DNA of 64,000 nt from an uncultured Candidatus Saccharibacteria bacterium (GTDB lineage Bacteria > Patescibacteriota > JABMPQ01 > JAQVVF01), in contig CAZNOH010000001.1 in NCBI GenBank assembly GCA_964574655.1, positions 73,852-137,851 of the forward strand, written 5' to 3'. The notes beneath the pieces are model-generated. The model was given only the letters and a program-made list of their open reading frames with translations, did no database searches and was not told the origin of the DNA. Both the position numbers and the translations under genes were made by a program. Position 1 is the stretch's first letter. Each line of letters opens with the position of its first letter. Of the stretch, positions 58,299 through 64,000 are shown one piece after another.

Positions 58299-60917
58299 AT
58301 GGCAGTAAAGAAAATTAAAAAACCAATAAAGAAAAATGTTGTTAGAAAGACTTTAAACAAAAAGCCGATTTTGAGTTTGAAAAGGAAAGTAAAGAAACAG
58401 ATAAAACTAGCTAAGCCAATTAGAATAAAGCCAAAAAAGATCAAGAAAATTAAGAAGCAAAAGAAAGGCGGAAAGATTTGGTTGATTTTGCCAATTATTA
58501 TTTTAGTTCTTCTAGCAGGATATTTTATGGTTGCTAGTTATTATACTTTTTGGCCATTCTCTAAGAGCTATAATGTTTTGGAAGATAAGGTGATTATTAA
58601 AAAAGATATTCCAATTGGTGCTGCAAGATTGGATTGGGATAATATGCAAATTCAAACAGAAGAAAAAATTTCTGATACAGATGATGAAAAAAAGAATTTA
58701 CTAAGCTCTTCATGGTCTGCTGATTCTTCAAGGTTAGTTTTTTTGGATGAAGATAAGAGTTTATCTAAAGAAAATGATGTAGATTATCCTTGGAAAGGAA
58801 AACTATTTATTTTGGAAAATAAAGAAAGAAAAGATCTGGCTAATTTTTTCTATAATACATCGGCAAATGATTTGAAAATTATTGGCAAGACTGCGATTGA
58901 TATTTTTAATAATGAGAGACAAATTATCAAGACTAATTTTAATGGCGATGATTTAAAGAAAGTTGATTTAGATAAAGCTGTTAGCTATGATTTGTCTTCT
59001 GACGGTAGAAAAATAGTTTTAGTTAAAAATAACGGTGAAGTTATAATTAAAGATTTACAAACTGGACAATCAAGAAGTTTAGGCAAAGAAAAGACGGGCG
59101 AAAAAGTTATTTTCTTGAATCCAAGATGGTCGCATGATGGCAATCATATTGCTTTCTTGAAAAAATTGGACAATAAAGATGTTTATCAAAAATCTGAAAA
59201 TTTTGAAGTCGGAATAATTGATTCTAAAATTGAGAAATTAGTTGATTTTAAGAGATTGGGAGTAACATATATTCCAGATAACTCAAATATTTCTGTTGAT
59301 ATGATATGGTCAGTAAACGATAAATTTTTGCTTGATAATGTTTCAAGCAATGTTTATTCAATTGATCCAGCAAAAACTTTGATTTCTAATGATGAAGATT
59401 CTTATACCAGAATGAAAAGTGTTTTATCGCCAACTTCAGACAAGGTTTTGGTTTATGAGTATTATAAAGATAATATTAATTTGGATCCAAATCATGCAAT
59501 TTTTGATCTTTATGTTATGAATTTAGATGGATCAAAAAGAATTGAATTATTACATAAAGAAGGTGATGTTAATGATACAGGATTATTAAACATTTTTGGA
59601 ACTTGGTCTCCAGATGGCGAAAAGATTATTTATAATAATGATCAAAAATTATGGATGGTTGGATCTGATGGAACAAATTTAAGACAAATTTCTAAAGAAG
59701 ATAAAGATTATTTTAATGTGATATGGTCTCTTGATGGCAGAAAATTGGCTTATCTTTTGGGTAATGAAGTGTGGTTGATTAACTTTTCCGACAAGGAAGA
59801 AAAAGTAGCTCAAATTGGCAGCAACGATAATGTCACTGTTAAATTAGATGAACAATTAACATCGACAGCGGAAGAAGAATATTTAATAGGACAGACTTTT
59901 TCGCTTGATAGCAAAAATATTTTGTCAGAAAGATTTTTTAAAAATAATGAGGGCGTTACTTCGCCCTTGATTTATTATTATTTAACTAATCTTGAAAATA
60001 AAGAATCAAAAAAAATAAGCGATGAAATCTATTCATTGGGTGGAAGTTATAAAACAAGATGGTTTGATGATGGAACTGTTGTTTATGATAATCTGATAGG
60101 CAATAATTTGAATATAATTTGGATGGATAAAGACGGAAATCTGGTTGACAAAAAAGAGATTAGCAATTGGAATATGAATTGGTTTGGCTGGGATATTTCG
60201 AATGATGGAAAAGAAGTCATTACATTAGACTCTAATAATCGAATTTATTTGTATAAAAAAGGAGAGGTTGATTCCAAAATAATTTATGAAGGCGATCCAA
60301 AGAGTACGACAAATTGGATAAGATGGTCGCCAGATAAAAAGTATATTGCATTGTTAAAAGGCGACAAGGATGTTTGGTTGTTAAGATTAGAAAACGATAA
60401 AGTCGTAGAAAATAAAAGATTAGGAGGAAATCAAGTTTTTGGCAGAGACGGCGGTTTTGATCCAGAAAGTTTTGTTTTGTGGTCGCCTGACAGTACAAAA
60501 ATGGTTGTTCAAGATTCTGGCAATGTTTTTGATGTTGGTAGCGGGTTAATAGCAGAAGGACTATTTCCATGCTTTTCAACTAAATTTGAAGTCAAGCCAG
60601 TTTCTTCGGATTATAAATGGTCGCCTGATAGTTTGAATATTGCTTTTAGGCAAGATGATAACTTGTTCGCTGTAAAACCTAATGGATCTGACAAAAAAAC
60701 TTTAGCTGAAAAAAACATAACTGCTTTTGGTTGGAGTCCTGATTCAAGCAAAATATTTTTTGCAGATGATAAGGGTATTTCTGTTGTGAATTTAGATGGA
60801 AGCGAAAATAAAAGATTAGTCGAAAAGTCTGGGAATTATAGCTATATTAAATTATCTGCTGATAATGAAAAATTAGTATATGCTAGAGATGGAGAGTTGT
60901 GGGTGGCATATTTATAA
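58299..60917 (+). CDS. membrane-anchored TolB/PD40-type beta-propeller protein
   Basis: Lys-rich N-terminus, one TM, many WSPD repeats. Confidence 0.85.
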   Translation: MAVKKIKKPIKKNVVRKTLNKKPILSLKRKVKKQIKLAKPIRIKPKKIKKIKKQKKGGKIWLILPIIILVLLAGYFMVASYYTFWPFSKSYNVLEDKVIIKKDIPIGAARLDWDNMQIQTEEKISDTDDEKKNLLSSSWSADSSRLVFLDEDKSLSKENDVDYPWKGKLFILENKERKDLANFFYNTSANDLKIIGKTAIDIFNNERQIIKTNFNGDDLKKVDLDKAVSYDLSSDGRKIVLVKNNGEVIIKDLQTGQSRSLGKEKTGEKVIFLNPRWSHDGNHIAFLKKLDNKDVYQKSENFEVGIIDSKIEKLVDFKRLGVTYIPDNSNISVDMIWSVNDKFLLDNVSSNVYSIDPAKTLISNDEDSYTRMKSVLSPTSDKVLVYEYYKDNINLDPNHAIFDLYVMNLDGSKRIELLHKEGDVNDTGLLNIFGTWSPDGEKIIYNNDQKLWMVGSDGTNLRQISKEDKDYFNVIWSLDGRKLAYLLGNEVWLINFSDKEEKVAQIGSNDNVTVKLDEQLTSTAEEEYLIGQTFSLDSKNILSERFFKNNEGVTSPLIYYYLTNLENKESKKISDEIYSLGGSYKTRWFDDGTVVYDNLIGNNLNIIWMDKDGNLVDKKEISNWNMNWFGWDISNDGKEVITLDSNNRIYLYKKGEVDSKIIYEGDPKSTTNWIRWSPDKKYIALLKGDKDVWLLRLENDKVVENKRLGGNQVFGRDGGFDPESFVLWSPDSTKMVVQDSGNVFDVGSGLIAEGLFPCFSTKFEVKPVSSDYKWSPDSLNIAFRQDDNLFAVKPNGSDKKTLAEKNITAFGWSPDSSKIFFADDKGISVVNLDGSENKRLVEKSGNYSYIKLSADNEKLVYARDGELWVAYL

Positions 60918-61008
60918 TTAAAAATCCTAAATCCTAAATAAATACAAAATTTAAATAATCAAAATCTAAAAATAAAAAAACCGCTTAATATTTTGGCGGT
61001 TTTTTGTT

Positions 61009-61365
61009 TTAATGTCTTATGATTTCTGATTGAAAATATTTTTCTTGAAAATTTGTTATTTTTTTTATTTCCTGATCTGTTAAATTTGTATTATCCGGTA
61101 CTATGATTAACTTATCATCATTATCATTAATACGGTGAATGACTGCGATGCATTGGCCCGTAAATTCTTTTAAGGGTTTTTCAATATCCAAAATGTAAGC
61201 ATCTACTTCTTTGTTATCAGGTGCTTTTGTATTTGGAACAAAACCATAATTGATAGGATAATGATAATTATGTCTTGGGTGTTTTGAACCGAGAGGTCTG
61301 TCTATCATGATATGGACTTTTTTATTGATGAATTTTGTTGCGTAATTTTTAATATTTTTTTGCAT
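61009..61365 (-). CDS. short family I inorganic pyrophosphatase-like protein
   Basis: DRPLGSKHP...YPINYG...DNKEVDAY...DDKL. Confidence 0.8.
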   Translation of the reverse strand: MQKNIKNYATKFINKKVHIMIDRPLGSKHPRHNYHYPINYGFVPNTKAPDNKEVDAYILDIEKPLKEFTGQCIAVIHRINDNDDKLIIVPDNTNLTDQEIKKITNFQEKYFQSEIIRH

Positions 61366-61445
61366 TATAATAAAATAGTTATTGACATTTTTAATTGATT
61401 TGTTATATTGTTTTTTGTGTTGCCATGGTTAGGGAGGAGGAAAAG

Positions 61446-61835
61446 ATGGGAGGGAAATGGGCGGTCTTTCGTTGTGTTGACGGTCGTTTGAATGTACCTT
61501 TAGAAATATTTTTGAAGAATTTAGGCGTACCGCCTGATTATTATCCTTTTACTTTAATTGGCGGTATGAGACAGAGTCATCAAGTTATAAGTGATTTAGA
61601 TTTTGCTGTTGGTCGTTTGGGTATTCGTCATGCTATTTTTGTTCAACATACTGATTGCAAAGCATATGGCGGAAGAATAATGTGCGGGAATACGGAAAAA
61701 GCGGATAAAGAATTTCAGACGAGAGAACTGAGGCGAATCATTGATGATGTAAGAAGGTGTGAAAGATTGGTCAGTCGTTTTGTTTTGGCTCACATTGATA
61801 ATAATGGGCAAGTGTTCTTTGAAGAAATAGATTAA
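61446..61835 (+). CDS. beta-carbonic anhydrase-like protein
   Basis: CVDGR and HTDC Zn ligands; GGAGGAGG SD; own promoter and terminator. Confidence 0.75.
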   Translation: MGGKWAVFRCVDGRLNVPLEIFLKNLGVPPDYYPFTLIGGMRQSHQVISDLDFAVGRLGIRHAIFVQHTDCKAYGGRIMCGNTEKADKEFQTRELRRIIDDVRRCERLVSRFVLAHIDNNGQVFFEEID

Positions 61836-61885
61836 ATTATTTCTATTACGCTGTTTAGACGGCGTTTTTTTTATTAACACTAATT

Positions 61886-64000
61886 TTATTTTTTATTTTC
61901 AGGATGTTTTTTGGGATCTTCTTGGTTTTTGTCCTGATTATTTTGCATTTTTTCTGGTTGTGTCGTTGTATTATTCATTTTAGAACTTATACGGCCGAAT
62001 TGCAAGAATAACAATGTAAAAAATATTGCCATTACAAATGGAGCAATAATAGAGAGATAATTTTTTTTGTTGGGCTTGAAATATCTAAGCAAAAGAGAAT
62101 TTGTAACAACTGATATTGAAGAGAATGCCATGGCAAGTCCGGCTAATTCTGGTTTTAAGACTAGTCCATATTTTGCAAAGACCCTGGCAGCAATTGGAAT
62201 GCCAATAACATTGTAAAATAAAGCGAAAAACATATTTTGTCGGATCTTGCTCATTGTTTCTTTGGAAAGTTGTATAGCTGTTATAACAGCGCGAAGGTCA
62301 TTCTTGATAATAACAATTCCGCCAGTTTCCATGGCAATGTCAGTGCCAGATCCCATGGCAATTCCTAAATTAGCTTGGGCAAGAGCTGGAGCATCATTAA
62401 TGCCATCGCCAACCATGGCAACAATTTTTCCTTGATCTTGAAGTTTTTTGATTTCATTGGCTTTGTCTTCTGGCAAAACTTCGGCAAGGACATTAGTAAT
62501 GCCAACTTCTTTGGCAATGGCATTAGCTGTTCTTTGATTGTCGCCTGTAATTAGAAAAGTTTCTATGCCAAGATTTTTTAGCTGTTGAATTGCTTCTTTT
62601 GATGTCTCTTTAATTGTATCAGCAACAGCAATGATTCCTAGAATTTCAGATTTATTTGCTAGAATCATAGCTGTTTTTCCTTGTTCTTCTAAGCGAGTAA
62701 TCTTTCGATTAATTTTTGATAGATCAAGATTGATAATGTCGGTGATCAGTCTGCGATTGCCAAAGTAATATTCTGTATCATTTATTTTTCCTTCTATTCC
62801 ATGGCCTGGAATTGCTTTAAAATTAGCAACATTAATTGAATCAATACCTTCTTCTTCAGCATAATTAAGGATTGCTTCAGCAAGAGGATGTTCGGATGAT
62901 TTTTCTAAAGAAGCAGAAATTTGAATAATATCGTCTTCGTCATTTGCGCCTAAAGATAAAACATCTGTAACAAGAGGTTCGCCGTTGGTTAAAGTTCCTG
63001 TCTTGTCAAAGATGATTGTTCTTACTTTTTCAGCAATTTCCAAAGGCTCTCCGCCTTTTATTAAGATTCCTTGTTCAGCGCCTCTGCCAGTGCCAACCAT
63101 GATTGCAGTTGGCGTTGCTAATCCCAAAGCACAGGGGCAAGCAATGACGATAACAGCAGTGAAAGCCATGAGCGAGAAAGATAAGCTAGCGCCAAGTACA
63201 AAAAACCAAACAATAAAAGTAAGCATTGCAATGCCAATTACAATTGGAACAAATTTGGCTGAAATCTTATCAGCAAAGGCTTGAATTGGAGCTTTTGAGC
63301 CTTGTGCTTCTTCAATAAGATGGATGATTTGAGCTAATGCAGTTTCAGATCCAACTTTTGTGGCTTTAAATTCAAAACTGCCGTGTTTATTAATGGTTGC
63401 GCCGATAACATTATCGCCAACATTTTTTTCAACAGGCAAGCTTTCGCCTGTAATCATTGATTCATTAATAGATGATGAACCTTTTGTAATAATTCCATCA
63501 ACTGGTATTTTTTCTCCAGGCTTAACAAGGATAATATCATTATGATTAACTTGATCGATCGGAATGTCTATGACTTTGTTATTTTTCAAGACATGGGCTG
63601 TTTTTGCTTGAAGCCCCATTAGTTTTTTGATTGCATCACTGGTTTTGCTTTTGGCTTTTGTTTCTAGCCATTTTCCTAGAAGGACAAAAGTAATCAAAAA
63701 GGCTGCAGTTTCAAAATATAAATCAGGAATTTTTTCGCCATTAATTCCAATAAGGCTTTGATTAGTAACAGCGTAGTAAATAAGCGTGGCTAAACTATAA
63801 AAAAAGGCAGTGCTTGTTCCAATGGCAATAAGGCTGTCCATGCCGAATGTTTTCATTTTCAAACTGCTCCAAAATCCTTTATAAAATCCGGCACCTAAGA
63901 TGAATTGTATTGGGATTGTAAGAGCAAGAGAAATGATGCCAATATATGGCAAGATGGATTTTCCAGGCATCCAGGAAAAGAAATCAAAAAGCATAAAATA
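61886..64000 (-). CDS. copA: heavy-metal (Cu+) P1B-type ATPase, 5' end outside the window
   Basis: [26 protein letters not shown] and MAFSS. Confidence 0.88.
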   Translation of the reverse strand, partial: YFMLFDFFSWMPGKSILPYIGIISLALTIPIQFILGAGFYKGFWSSLKMKTFGMDSLIAIGTSTAFFYSLATLIYYAVTNQSLIGINGEKIPDLYFETAAFLITFVLLGKWLETKAKSKTSDAIKKLMGLQAKTAHVLKNNKVIDIPIDQVNHNDIILVKPGEKIPVDGIITKGSSSINESMITGESLPVEKNVGDNVIGATINKHGSFEFKATKVGSETALAQIIHLIEEAQGSKAPIQAFADKISAKFVPIVIGIAMLTFIVWFFVLGASLSFSLMAFTAVIVIACPCALGLATPTAIMVGTGRGAEQGILIKGGEPLEIAEKVRTIIFDKTGTLTNGEPLVTDVLSLGANDEDDIIQISASLEKSSEHPLAEAILNYAEEEGIDSINVANFKAIPGHGIEGKINDTEYYFGNRRLITDIINLDLSKINRKITRLEEQGKTAMILANKSEILGIIAVADTIKETSKEAIQQLKNLGIETFLITGDNQRTANAIAKEVGITNVLAEVLPEDKANEIKKLQDQGKIVAMVGDGINDAPALAQANLGIAMGSGTDIAMETGGIVIIKNDLRAVITAIQLSKETMSKIRQNMFFALFYNVIGIPIAARVFAKYGLVLKPELAGLAMAFSSISVVTNSLLLRYFKPNKKNYLSIIAPFVMAIFFTLLFLQFGRISSKMNNTTTQPEKMQNNQDKNQEDPKKHPENKK

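Noticed and set aside
16101-63545. Many short antisense or overlapping ORFs inside long genes
   Set aside because: Fully overlap well-supported CDSs and have no motifs
1-64000. TGA recoding (code 25)
   Set aside because: Conserved genes are intact in code 11 and several end at TGA
1-64000. DGR, retron or prophage
   Set aside because: No reverse transcriptase, no TR/VR pair and no phage structural genes recognised

Overview
Low-GC bacterial chromosomal window read in the standard genetic code. Gene content and style (AT-rich genes mostly without SD, sortase, TrmB, RAYT with palindromes, long tmRNA tag) point to a Patescibacteria/CPR genome; this is inference. Housekeeping loci: corA, dnaG (387-aa LAGLIDADG intein inside its zinc finger)-rpoD, tRNA-Asn, infC-rpmI-rplT, tmRNA-smpB, argS, a Zn-type ABC operon under ArsR, two P-type ATPases, and many secreted/surface proteins. 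The standout is 7941-14072, an integron-like cassette array. It has six complete cassettes separated by six folded AAC...GTT sites, plus an attI-like half site at 13166-13172, next to a divergent 270-aa tyrosine recombinase that lacks the IntI-specific insertion. The sites have non-canonical geometry (AAC-N4-stem...stem-T-GTT, branched loops, GNA mini-hairpins). Each cassette's two ends are also complementary to each other for 21-64 bp, with a defect at the same position 9 bp from the core. Other points of interest: a dispersed palindrome family that also occurs inside one att site and in-frame inside dnaG, a REP-flanked RAYT behind a duplicated ArsR promoter/operator, and a class of self-contained orphan genes with strong SD sequences. 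All calls were made by eye; no searches were run.
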